Both the position numbers and the translations under genes were made by a program. The notes beneath the pieces were generated by a model. The model was not told the DNA's origin and ran no database searches. It saw only the letters and a program-made list of their open reading frames with translations. Below are positions 47,703 to 58,113 of a stretch of 64,000 nt of DNA, piece after piece. The DNA is from Caecitellus pseudoparvulus (taxonomy: Eukaryota; Protista; Bigyra: Bicosoecida): NCBI GenBank assembly GCA_965644315.1, contig CBFFRQ010000093.1, positions 124,001 to 188,000 of the forward strand, read 5' to 3'. Positions within the stretch are counted from its first letter, which is position 1; every line of letters begins with the position of its first letter.

Positions 47703-48677
47703 ATGGCTGCTTGTAAGTGACTGCTTCGCCGCGGCAGCCTCCAGGAAGCCCACGAAACGCGGCTTTTCTGCACTGTCTGTGTCTGTGGCGAGGGTTTGGG
47801 TGCGCCTGTCTTGCCGCATCCGCCTCGTCGCGGCATGTTGCCAAGCGCCGCTGTGCCGCGCACCGGCACACACACACGCGCGCCTGCCCTCCTGCTGCTG
47901 CCCCGTGGCGCATTGCCCACCGCCCAAGGGGAAGGTAGAGTGCATTGTGGCGCCGTGGTGCAGCCGGGGTGTGCGGGCGGGCGCCGTGGGCGCTGTGCTG
48001 CGGCGAGGTGCAGTGTTCCTCTTGCGTGCTGGCGTGCCAGCTGCACTTCCTTTCGCACTGGCCCACGCTGCTCCCCTCCGCGCCGCGCAGCCACCAACGC
48101 TCGCGTGTACATCGGCAACCTGTCCTGGGCCGTGGACGATGAGATGCTGACCACCCACATGGAGACCGCCGGCACCATCGTGTCTGCCACCGTCATGCGC
48201 AAGCGTGACGGCCGCTCCAAGGGCTGCGCCATCGTGGAGTACTCCACCCCCGCCGAGGCCGAGAAGGCCAAGACCGACCTGACTGACTCCGAGCTGGAGG
48301 GCCGCAAGATCTTCGTGCGCGAGGACAAGGAGCCCGCTGGCGCCTTCAACGCCACCAAGCCCGCCGCGGACCGCGCCCCCCGCACCCGCCGCACGCGTGC
48401 TGCCCCCGCTGACGCTGGCGCCCCCGCCGCTGCTGAGGGCACCTCCCTGTACATCGGCAACCTGTCGTGGGAGGCCACCTGGCAGGACCTGAAGGACCTC
48501 TTCGCGGACTTCGGCTGCGTGTACACCACCGTGAAGGAGGGCCGTGACGGCCGCTCTCGCGGCTGGGGCATCGCCCGCTTCGAGACCGCCGAGCAGGCGT
48601 CCGCCGTCATCGCCGAGTTCCACGACACGGAGTTCATGGGCCGCAGCCTGGTCGTCCGTGAGGACAAGGAGATGTAA
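47703..48677 (+). CDS. Two-RRM RNA-binding protein (GBP2/HRB1-like); 10-nt first exon, intron 47713-48090
   Basis: ATGGCTGCTT|gtaagt...cag|CCACC. RRM motifs RVYIGNL, GRSKGCAIVEY, GRKIFVREDKE, LYIGNLSW and GRSRGWGIARF. Confidence 0.88.
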
Positions 48678-49550
48678 GTTCGCCGTCACGGCGGGCGTGA
48701 CCCCCTGAGCAGGGGGGTGGTGGAGTGGATGTGTGTGCGGCATTGCCTGTGCAAGAGACGGGAGGACACAGGCAGCCTGCACCCCGAGGAGGGCTGGGGT
48801 GTGGGTGGATGAGACGAGGGACCAGGTTTTTCGTGGTAGCGCGTTTCGGACGCCGGAGGGGCGGGCTGCAGTTGGGGTGCGGGCGCGGCGGGGCCCGTTC
48901 TTGAATGCATGTGGCCGCAACCCTGCATCATTCGCGGGACTCGAAAATCGCCCCCCAGCGTGCGCACTGCCTCCAGCCTCCCACGGCTGAGCACTTTCCT
49001 CCACGACTACTCCATCGCACCTTGAGCCCCGAGAGCACATTCTGTGCACGTTTCGTTCGTGAGTGCCCCCCGCTTGCTGCCCTGCTTTCGCGCTTTGTGC
49101 GCTGGCTGGCACGGCGGACTTTGCTGGCGATGTTGGCTGCCTGCATGTCGATGGGTGCTGGCCGTGAGAACGGCACAGCACTGCAGCGCACATGTTGTGT
49201 TATACAGCTGGGGGTGGTGTGGGGCAGTGTGGTGGCCGTGGAACGGCGCGGCGCAGGCTGGTTCCGCTGCTGAGGTGCTGCCAGCCCAGCGGCGTTTCCA
49301 CCCTTTCCGTGCCAGTGTTTGCCGACGTCCCATGGTTTCTGCGTGCCCCACTGCATGCCCCAGCCTTGTGCGCTGGCTGGCCCTGGTGTCCCACCCCACG
49401 TTGCGTCTGTGCCGAGCCTCGTGGCCACTTGAGCAGGCGCCTGGTTGGTGTCAATTTCCGCAGACCCCTGCAGCACGCTTCTCTCCGACCGCCCACGCGC
49501 CGCAGGCCTCCCCGCGATCGTCTCCTCTCGCACCAACACCAGCATCAACC

Positions 49551-49895
49551 ATGCCTGTCGTTGACCTCACCGTCCCTGACGTGCGCGCCGAGAAGAAGCA
49601 GCACAAGCTGAAGCGCCTGGTTCAGTCCCCCAACTCCTACTTCATGGACGTCAAGTGCCCCGGCTGCCTGCAGATCACCACCGTGTTCTCCCACGCCCAG
49701 ACTGCTGTCGTGTGCGCCGAGTAAGTGCTGCGACGCTGCTGTCGCGCGCCGATGGCGTGCTTGATCCGCGTGCATTCTGCAGCGAAACGCAACCCACCGC
49801 CGCCCCGTCTCTGCAGCTGCGGCACCGTCCTGTGCATGCCCACCGGTGGCAAGTGCAAGCTGACTGAGGGCTGCGACTTCAGGAAGAAGGCTTAA
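49551..49895 (+). CDS. RPS27: 40S ribosomal protein S27 (eS27); intron 49721-49816
   Basis: [22 protein letters not shown]...VFSHAQT...CAD|[24 protein letters not shown]. Confidence 0.97.
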
Positions 49896-50124
49896 GGATC
49901 CGGCTGCTGCCCTGCTCAGCACCTGCCCGCCCTCCACGACGACTGGACACCTGCCCTCTCTTCCTCGGGTGACGTAGGTGCTGGGCTGGAGATGGCCTCC
50001 TCTCCCTCCCTCCCCATGGCTCGCCATGGATGAGGGTGTCCGCCCCTTCCCCCCCCTCTTCTCTCCCACAACGCCATGGGTGAAACACCTCTCGGTGCAG
50101 ACATGGCTTGGTGTAGGGTTGCTC

Positions 50125-50132
50125 AATGCATT
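50125..50132. terminator. Palindrome AATGCATT, candidate bidirectional 3'-end signal (RPS27/B9D2)
   Basis: Lies between the convergent stops at 49895 and 50148. Confidence 0.5.
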
Positions 50133-50147
50133 CCTGTGCCACGCTCC

Positions 50148-51282
50148 TCACACACCTGCCGCTGTCGTGGCTGTGGCCGCTTGGGCCAGGTCCACGCCGT
50201 AGGTGTGGAAGTTCCGCATCACAACGTCGAAGCGCACGTGTACCTGGGAAGGGAGGCGTGCCGGTGTGAGGACGACGTGCACTGGCGAGCTGCGAGGGCT
50301 CGTCACGCACCGTGCCAGAGGACACCGTCGCAATGTTCTTGCGGTGCTGCTGGTCTGTGTACAGGACGCTGGTGCTCTTGAGGTGCGGCACGCCCCCCAC
50401 GAAGGCCGCTGCCATCTCCTGGGACGGCGTGCCGGCGGGGCGCCAGGTGGGGCAGCTCACTTCGTAGCTGCCCGGTGTGCAGGGCACGTGCAACACGCCA
50501 TACCCCTGCAGCTCCAGCCTGCCGTCGTCGTCCAAGTGCCACACAGACAGCAGCATGCGCGGCCAGCCCTGTGCAGGGAAGGGGCGCCCGCCTGTCCAGC
50601 GCAGGCGTGCCTGCACGGGGACGCAGCTCACGCACGCTGAGGGTTCCTGCGTTGTAGTGCACGTCGAGAGGGTGACTCCACACCGCAACATCCGTGCCTT
50701 GCACTGGGTAGTCTGTCTGTGTCTGCCCGGCCTCGTCTCCTTCCACCAGTACCCACAGGTTCTCCCCTTGCGGGGTGCCTGCCTCCACCGCCCACTTGCA
50801 GCAGACAGCACCAGTGAATCCCGTGCCCCCCAAGATTTCCCCGAGAATGTGCACTTGCGGCTGCTGCTCTGCAAGTTCCTCCCTGCGCCTCTTGGCTTCA
50901 ATGTCGTACACTATGTCGTGCGCTGCGGTTGTGCAGGGGGGTGCGGGGTGGGGCAACGTGCACTGCATGGCGTTTCAGGCCTGAAACGCCCGTTAGCGAG
51001 AGCCCTGCCTCGCGCACCTTTCGAGCCCCTGTACTTGGCCTGCCTGCTTGAGCGCACTGCATCCACCGCGCTGCTCAGGGCTGCATAGTCATCGGTCGGC
51101 CCACTCGGGCCAGGTGAAGGGGAAGACCTGCCACGGCTGCTGCTGCGTGCTGGGCCTGCTGCCCCTTCCCCTCGGTCGCTGCCTCTGCTGCGGGATTGAC
51201 GCCCTCTTGGTGGGAGGGAGCTGCCACCGCTGGCGGCCGCCCCCCGTCCTCGCCTGGGTCTGCCCGGCTCGGCGTCTGCCAT
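50148..51282 (-). CDS. B9D2: B9 domain ciliary transition-zone protein 2 with N-terminal extension; three introns
   Basis: VHILGEILGGTGF, CCKW, GQTQTD, VWSHPLDVHY, QGWPR, GYG...VPCTPG, CPTWRP and VVMRNFHTYGV. Confidence 0.9.
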
Positions 51283-51469
51283 GCCGCTTCCTGTCGTGCA
51301 GTGCCGTCGAAGCGCCTGCCGTTGAGCGCTTGGGCTTGCAGCACAACAGCTGGTGCTGTAAATCCCACGCGAAGCGCAAAGGGGGACCCCTCTGCAGGTA
51401 GCGCATGCTTTGTGTCTGGAATACCATGCGCTTTCTTACCGGTCATCTGGTTTTGCGCTCGCCTGCGTG

Positions 51470-52990
51470 ATGCTGCCAGGGCGCCATTGCGCTGGCCTGT
51501 GGGCTGTGCGGAAATCGCTTGCTCCTCGCCTCGTTTCTGCCTGTCTTGTCCCACGATCTGTGGCGTTTGCTGGCATCCGAGCGGTGCCAGCATGGAATAT
51601 GCTGGGTGTCTCTGTGGCCTCTTTCTCTTCGCCGTCAACCGCGCGGGCCGAGGAGCTGTACGAAGCCGCTCGTGTCCAGAAACAGGCTCGCCGCGACGCC
51701 AAGACTGTCACTGCGCTGTTCCTTGAAAGCGCGAGTTTGGGACACGCCGCGTCTGCCGCAGAAGCCGCATACCGGTGCCGACGGGGCATTGGCACTGCCA
51801 TAGACGCACCCCTCGCGCTCCGCCTGGCACTGCAGGGAGCGCAGGCGGGCAATGCGGATGCTGCTGCCACGGCAGGTCAAATGTTGTGCAGCGGCGAGGC
51901 AGGGACACGCGAACCAGAGCAGGGCATCACATGGCTGCGCCACGCAGCCGAAGTCGGGCATGCTGCCGCAGCGCTGGACCTTGGGTGGCACCTGGAGAGG
52001 GCACAGCCCGCAGATGAGGCAGGTGCACGGAGTGCTTATGAGCTTGCACGGCAGGGCGGGCTGCCAGCTGCAGCGTACCGCCTGGCGCAGCTGGAGCACA
52101 GGGCAGTGCCCAAAGGAGGCGATGCATCGCTTGCAGTGCGTCTGTACCAGGAGGCGGCGTCGGCAGGGCACGTGGCAGCGGCTGCAAGGGGGGGCTTTCT
52201 GCTGGAAGCGGTGCCTGGAGAACACCACAACCCGGAAGCCGCCCTGAAGCTGTACCGCATGGCGGCTGCAGCAGGGGATGCCTTCGCAGCCTATCGAATT
52301 GGGTGGATGTACAAGCATGGACGCGGCGTGCGTCGCTCTCTGCGGGAGGCGTTTTCGTGGTCCTCAAAAGCCGCCAACGCAGGCTACGCACCTGGCCAAT
52401 ACGCTGTCGGCCTTGCACACGAGGCAGGGCACGGCACCCCAGTGGACGAAGAAGCTGCAATGGCTGCGTTTGAGTCTGCGGCGAAGCAGGGCATGGCCCC
52501 TGCTGCGTTTGCATTGGCCATGCTCCTGCACTGCCGCTCGGAATCCGGCAGTCAGTCTGCGCTTGCATGGTACGAGCGAGCCTGCGAAACTGGCTATGCC
52601 CCAGCTTGGCTGGGCATGGGTGTCCTGCTGCAGAGCAGTGGGCTGCGCAGTACCTTGCGCCGCGCCACCTCCCCCGAGGCCTGCTTCACCATGGCAGCGG
52701 AAGCTGCCTCTGGCAACGCAGCAGCTCAGCGTTTGCTGGGCTCCGCTGCCATGCGCCTGCTCTGCGCCGGCCAGTGCAGCAGCACGTCTCAGCCCCTGCA
52801 CTTTCTAGAGATGGCGGCCAAAGGCGGCCATGTGCTCGCGCAGTACTCGCTGGGTGTGTGCCTGTTGCAGGGCCGAGGGGGGGTACCACGGGACGCCAGC
52901 GCCGGCCTGCGCTGGCTGCGCCGAGCTGCCGGGGCAGGGCACAAAGGCGCCAAGGCCAAACTTCGCGCGGTGCCTCGGACAGGTGATTGA
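51470..52990 (+). CDS. Sel1-like repeat protein (start uncertain)
   Basis: Many SLR units, e.g. AAYRIGWMYKHGRGVRRSLREAFSWSSKAANAG and AQYSLGVCLLQGRGGVPRDASAGLRWLRRAAGAG; no apparent introns. Confidence 0.85.
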   Translation: MLPGRHCAGLWAVRKSLAPRLVSACLVPRSVAFAGIRAVPAWNMLGVSVASFSSPSTARAEELYEAARVQKQARRDAKTVTALFLESASLGHAASAAEAAYRCRRGIGTAIDAPLALRLALQGAQAGNADAAATAGQMLCSGEAGTREPEQGITWLRHAAEVGHAAAALDLGWHLERAQPADEAGARSAYELARQGGLPAAAYRLAQLEHRAVPKGGDASLAVRLYQEAASAGHVAAAARGGFLLEAVPGEHHNPEAALKLYRMAAAAGDAFAAYRIGWMYKHGRGVRRSLREAFSWSSKAANAGYAPGQYAVGLAHEAGHGTPVDEEAAMAAFESAAKQGMAPAAFALAMLLHCRSESGSQSALAWYERACETGYAPAWLGMGVLLQSSGLRSTLRRATSPEACFTMAAEAASGNAAAQRLLGSAAMRLLCAGQCSSTSQPLHFLEMAAKGGHVLAQYSLGVCLLQGRGGVPRDASAGLRWLRRAAGAGHKGAKAKLRAVPRTGD

Positions 52991-53109
52991 AGTGAAGATT
53001 ACTCAGAATCCGTGTCCCCCACGTGCCCTGCCCGCCCCCCTCCAAGCGCACACTGCGGTAGTGCTCGGCGTGGTGGCACGTGCGGAGAAAGCTCCACCAC
53101 ACCCCCAGC

Positions 53110-55632
53110 ATGGAGCAGGCGCCGTGGCTGACTGGGCTGGCCTCGGCCAACACGCTGGATGTTGAAGACGCCACCCAGCAGTGTGTGAAGATCCAGGAGT
53201 GCATGAATGCGTCCGAGACGCTGGACCGGTCGAGCACAGCAGCTACTCAAGTGGACGCCCAGGCCGCCGCCCTGAGCGCTGGCGCTGTGCAGCGCCTGTT
53301 GGGGCTGCAGCATGCCCTGCACAAGTCCCTGGTGCTGCACATGGAACAGGCCCCGACACCACTGTCGCTGCCACCCCCCCCCGCGCCACCTTCCCCCCTG
53401 CCCGCCTCTGACCTCCCTTGCGCCACATCAGCCGTGAACGTGCCGGCGCAGCTGCTGGGCGCGGCACGGGCGGCCCAGCGTGCACTCTGCGCCTGCATCA
53501 TGGACGGCAACGTCTCAGGCCACACAAAAGGCCGTAATGTGGAGGCCAAGCAGGAGTTTGCGCTGCTGGGCGGCATCTCCGCCTCCACAGCGCTGCTGTC
53601 GGCAAGCCTGCAGCTGGTGGCTGTGACGCGCGCAGCGGCCGGCTCCCCCCTGCACAGCACCGCCTGCCACACGGCAGCAGACTGCGCGTGGACGTTGTGC
53701 TGGGCGACGCGGTGGGATTCTGAGGCATCAGGGCGCGTGGCACAGGCACTGGAGTGCGGCGTCGTGCCGGCCCTGGTGGTCACCCTGAATGCGTGGCAGG
53801 ACATGCTGCCAGCAGCTGCTGCCGCCGCCTACCTCATTTCCAACATCGTCTACCGCAATGGGGCGGCGACAGCAGCCGTGATGAAGTGGAGGGGCGCCTC
53901 AGCCCTCGTGTCGGCGCTGGAGGGCATGGCGGGGGAGGAAGGTGTGCCCGGGCTGACCCTGGCTTCCAACGCCGCCTCTGCGCTCGGCAACCTCACCAAC
54001 ACGTTCCCCCAGCAGGGCCCCTTCGAAGAGCGACACCGCACAGTGCTGGCAGCGGGGGCAGTGGGGTGGCTCGTGGCGCTGGGAACAGCCCACACCGGGT
54101 CGCCCCAGCAGCGAGCGCTCATGGTGCTGTCCAACCTGTCCCAGTCAGATTTCGCCCTGGAAGCGTTGCATGAACATGGCGCGCCGGGCCTGTTCGTGCG
54201 GGTGGTGGAGCAGTGGGCCGCCTCGGCCAGCAGCGACAGCACGCCCTACGCCGTAGTGAAGGCCGTCATGGGCCTCGCCTTCATGTTCGGGCGGGAGTTG
54301 GAGTGCGACGCCGACACGAGCAGCGTCTCCAGTGGCTCCGGCGGCGACCAGCGCAGGCGTGTGCGGGAGCTGCTGGTGGATGTGAAAGCAGTGGACCTTA
54401 TCGTGGACCAGCTGGCACGGTGTCTGGCTGGGGAGAAGTGGCTGGGCACGTCTGCTGAGGAGTGCGCACACGCACTGCAGCGCCTGGCTGTGCACGACGG
54501 CAACCACTCAGCCTTGGTGCGCGCAGGTCTTGTGCCACACCTGGGCACGTTGCTGGGCCCAGAGTGGGCCGACACCCCCGCCCAGGAGCATGCCGCCCTC
54601 TGTGCCTCCCGGCTCGCCTTCACGCCCGCCGCGCTGCAAGCCATGCGAGACACGCCTGGCTTCACTGCTGCTGTGCAGGCATGCGTGGGTGTGGGGGACC
54701 CTGCAGCGGCTCGCTCGGCCCGTGTGGTGCAGTGGCGTCTCGAGGGGGGGGCAGCTCTGGACGGGGAGGGGGGCAGCGGCAGCGGGCAGCCACCCCCCCC
54801 TCTAGACGCCGCCGCGGCAGCTCCGCTGGCACGCCAAGTGTCCAGCACGGTGCCCGCTCCCCACATCATGCTCAGCTACACGTGGAAGTACCAGAGCACT
54901 GTGCTGGCGCTGCGGGATGCGCTGCGGGCGGAGGGTTTCCGGGTGTGGGTGGACGTGGAGAAGATGTCTGGCAGCACTCTGCAGGCCATGGCCGGCGCCG
55001 TGGAGGGCGCCACCGTCGTGATGTTCACAGTGTGCCAGGCGTACTTCGAAAGCGCCAACTGCCGGCTGGAGGCCGAGTACGCCCAGCAGCAGGGGAAGCC
55101 CCTCATCCCCCTGCACATGGAGCCAGGCAAGTACCGGCCCAAGGGCTGGCTGGGCCTCATCCTCGGCACCAAGCTGTGGTACCCCTGTGCCTCTGCCACG
55201 GACGTGCCCGAGCAGCTTCCCGCCTTGCGCAGGGAGCTGTTGCAGTGTGGTGTCGTGCCAAGCAGTTCCGTCCCGGGGCCAGTGGCAGCCGCCGCGCCCA
55301 AGCCAACGCCCCACGCTGCAGCACCAACTCCGGCTCCAGCCCCGGCACCCCCAGCACCTCCCGCACCGAAGGCTGTGCACAGTGAACGAGTCGACACTGT
55401 GACGTGCGTGGAGGACGTCGAGGCACAGTGCGGCCTGCCTCCTAGCACTCTGCAGGGCTGGACCGTGCCTGCTTTGACTGAGCTGGGCACCTTGCTGCAA
55501 GCAAAGAATGGTGGTGTGCCCCCCAGCGAACGGGTGCAGTGGCTGCGGACTTTCCTCGGCGGGGAGCCCCTGCCATTGGTTCAGGTGCTGCACATCCTCG
55601 CTGCGTCGCGCTTCCTCACTGGCCGCAAGTGA
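53110..55632 (+). CDS. Armadillo-repeat + TIR (TIR_2-type) protein with degenerate SAM-like C-terminus
   Basis: ARM-like units (ALECGVVPALV, ASALGNLT, LAAGAVGWLVAL, LVRAGLVPHLGTLL). TIR HIMLSYTW...FRVWVDVEKM...SANCRLEAEYA...KPLIPL...GWLGLILG...LWY. Confidence 0.85.
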   Translation: MEQAPWLTGLASANTLDVEDATQQCVKIQECMNASETLDRSSTAATQVDAQAAALSAGAVQRLLGLQHALHKSLVLHMEQAPTPLSLPPPPAPPSPLPASDLPCATSAVNVPAQLLGAARAAQRALCACIMDGNVSGHTKGRNVEAKQEFALLGGISASTALLSASLQLVAVTRAAAGSPLHSTACHTAADCAWTLCWATRWDSEASGRVAQALECGVVPALVVTLNAWQDMLPAAAAAAYLISNIVYRNGAATAAVMKWRGASALVSALEGMAGEEGVPGLTLASNAASALGNLTNTFPQQGPFEERHRTVLAAGAVGWLVALGTAHTGSPQQRALMVLSNLSQSDFALEALHEHGAPGLFVRVVEQWAASASSDSTPYAVVKAVMGLAFMFGRELECDADTSSVSSGSGGDQRRRVRELLVDVKAVDLIVDQLARCLAGEKWLGTSAEECAHALQRLAVHDGNHSALVRAGLVPHLGTLLGPEWADTPAQEHAALCASRLAFTPAALQAMRDTPGFTAAVQACVGVGDPAAARSARVVQWRLEGGAALDGEGGSGSGQPPPPLDAAAAAPLARQVSSTVPAPHIMLSYTWKYQSTVLALRDALRAEGFRVWVDVEKMSGSTLQAMAGAVEGATVVMFTVCQAYFESANCRLEAEYAQQQGKPLIPLHMEPGKYRPKGWLGLILGTKLWYPCASATDVPEQLPALRRELLQCGVVPSSSVPGPVAAAAPKPTPHAAAPTPAPAPAPPAPPAPKAVHSERVDTVTCVEDVEAQCGLPPSTLQGWTVPALTELGTLLQAKNGGVPPSERVQWLRTFLGGEPLPLVQVLHILAASRFLTGRK

Positions 55633-55771
55633 CTGCGCTGCTGCCGCCTGTCGGTCGGACATGCACTCTGAGCCCACACGTAATTCATGCCTGGTACAAA
55701 ACGCGCATGTCTTGCGTACTTGTGTGCGGCGCCCAGGTCTGAGCACATGCTCCCGCCCTGGAGGATGCGGC

Positions 55772-56851
55772 ATGGCTCCGGACACCACTGCCAAGCGCAC
55801 ACAGCCAGAGGTGGTCAGCTTGACCCCACGAACGGCCTTCCGCACAGCCATCGTGTCAGATGACGCGCACATCTTCATCATAGCGTCAACGCCCACGCAG
55901 CACTTCCGATGGGCATCACTGTGCACGGGGCTGGGAGCGCTGGTCGCGGCCGGGGCAGCTGTGAGTATGAAACTCCCCCCCCCGCGAAACGCTGCTCGCT
56001 CTTCGAACACAGCACCCCTGCCCGTCACAGTGGGCTGGTATAGAAGGACACGCACTCCGCCTTGCCATTGGCCTCGCACTGGCCAGCATTGTGTGTCATG
56101 TCTTGCATGGGCAGCAAGTCGTGGAAGGTGCGGTGCGCCGCGGCTGTCCGCCCAGAGGCTGAGCCTGCTCAAGCTCCACCCCTGCCGCTGCACAGAGAGC
56201 GTCCTGGCTGTGCGAGGTATGGGGGTGCAGCTGCAGAGCAAGAGTGCAGGTGGCCGCCAGGTGACGCGTTTCATCGACCGGGAACAGCTGCGGGCCGCCG
56301 TCGTGAACGAGGGGTACACCTGCTTCTCCGTGCGTTTCTACCTGGCCTTCCTCACAGCTGGCTCCGACGAGCTGGCAGTGGCGTTTGCAGGGCACACGCC
56401 TCGCCTGCCCGTTGTGCATGCTACGTACTGTGGCGTGCAAAGCGTCCTGTTTGGACAGCCGCCTGGGCCGGCCCTGACCCAAGCACGTTACGATGCAGCG
56501 GTGAGTGTTGGCCGGTCGCAGTTGCAGGCGTACCGGAAAGGGCTGGTGGCCCCTGAGGACGACGATGAAGCGACTGCATTTGACAGGGTGCCGTACTCCG
56601 TGCTGCTGTGGCGCGAGGGGGTGGTCAGCCCATACGGCGGCGGGGACAGCACCAGTGGCGCACGGCACCACACGGGTGGGCCCATGTCCCCCGCAGCCAG
56701 CACAATGCTGGACGAGTGGGCAGCGCAGGACCATGGCCCCCACTTTGGCTGGCTCTCCCCCGCCAGTCGGCTGGTGCAGTCCCCACTGCCTGTGCGGGGT
56801 GACTCCAATGGCAGCGGCGGGAGCGGCGGCGAGAGAAGCATGCCCAGGTGA
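55772..56851 (+). CDS. PIGH: GPI-GlcNAc transferase subunit H (PIG-H); internal intron(s)
   Basis: Hydrophobic segment, then ESVLAVRGMGVQL...TRFID...VVNEG...VRFYLAF...VAF...PRL, the PIG-H signature. Confidence 0.8.
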   Translation: MAPDTTAKRTQPEVVSLTPRTAFRTAIVSDDAHIFIIASTPTQHFRWASLCTGLGALVAAGAAVSMKLPPPRNAARSSNTAPLPVTVGWYRRTRTPPCHWPRTGQHCVSCLAWAASRGRCGAPRLSAQRLSLLKLHPCRCTESVLAVRGMGVQLQSKSAGGRQVTRFIDREQLRAAVVNEGYTCFSVRFYLAFLTAGSDELAVAFAGHTPRLPVVHATYCGVQSVLFGQPPGPALTQARYDAAVSVGRSQLQAYRKGLVAPEDDDEATAFDRVPYSVLLWREGVVSPYGGGDSTSGARHHTGGPMSPAASTMLDEWAAQDHGPHFGWLSPASRLVQSPLPVRGDSNGSGGSGGERSMPR

Positions 56852-56854
56852 CCC

Positions 56855-57651
56855 TCAAGCCCGCACGACCTTGCTGGGGCACACGAACGCCTGCACAGGC
56901 ACATCTGTATCCTCCACGGGCACTGTCTCTGCACCCTGCACCTGCTCGTCTAGACAAAGGCCCTGTGGGTAAGGGGCGTGGCGTGGCGCCTGGTCAGGGT
57001 GAGGCACCACAGCAAGGGCGCTGCCGCACGCACGACAAGGAATGGCTGCGCCCAGTCTTTCTCCGCATACACCTCCTTGGTATCCTTGATAAATGTGTCT
57101 GTGCGAAGGCGGGCGTGTGGGTGCGGCGAGGGGCGGCGGAGCAGGCGGTGGGCGGCGAGCCACACACCATAGAAGCCACCGCCGTGGCCCAGGCGCCGGC
57201 AGTCTTCCCCAAACGCCACACAAGGCACGATGATGACGTGCACCGGCTGGTCGGTGCTGCGGACCTGGCAAGCGCCGAGGCCTGGCGGCGCATCTGACGG
57301 CAGCACTGGCTCCCGAATGCCCCACTTGGAGGTTTGCAGGTCCGCCATGGCTGCGTCCGCCGAACCCTGCAACTCCCGAAACACCAGCTTGCGCCGACCG
57401 ATGACCCGTGGCAGCAGCACGGTCTTGCCAGCTTCAGTCAAGGCGCCAATCAATGCATCAGTCTGCACCTCAGCAGGCATGCATGCAAAGGCAGTGAGCC
57501 GCGTGGCAGCCTGCACTTCAGGCAGGGCCAGCAAGAGCTTCACAGCCTTTTGCGATGACGTTGAAATGTGCTCTGAAGTCAGGCCAGCAAGCACGCCTTC
57601 AATGCTGGCGCGCATGGCGCGCTTCGCGGCAGCCACGGATGTTGCAGCCAT
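56855..57651 (-). CDS. MTHFS: 5-formyltetrahydrofolate cyclo-ligase; two introns
   Basis: AKRAMRA, EVQT, KTVLLPR, WGIREP, IIVPCVAF...RRLGHGGGFY|D and the last exon EQV...VPVEDTDVPV. Confidence 0.9.
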
Positions 57652-58113
57652 CGAAACGCAGGTGAAACGATGCGGTGCACGGATGCACACCATGCGGGAA
57701 ATGTTCCGCTTTTCAGACAGTACACCGTGTAGCAGTGTGCATTCTGCGTGTGTTGCAATTTGATCTGCGCCGAATGCTCGCCTCTGCTTGCCGGCGCGTG
57801 CACGTTCAGGGTTGGGCACCTCGCAACACGCCAGCAAGCACACTGCTCGGCATTCCTCACAACAGCGCTGGCAGAGCCACAAAATTTTCGTCTGCGGCAG
57901 GCCAGTGCGAGTTGGTGTTTTGAAGGTGCCCCTTCACCAGTTTCCTTGAGGTGCAGCAGCGGGGTCAGGCGTCTGCCACAGCCCTGCTGTTTCAGGGAAG
58001 TAGCGTCAGGTGCCCCGTCCTGCCGAGATCTCCCAACGGGAGCCACTGCGCACGGTGCTGGTCTGGCACGTGGGTAGCTCGTGCACTTCTGCCATCACTG
58101 CGACAGTCTTGGT

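Noticed and set aside
39429-57651. Metabolic cluster (PCCA, SAM synthetase, MTHFS)
   Set aside because: The genes are interleaved with unrelated housekeeping genes, and nothing indicates co-regulation.
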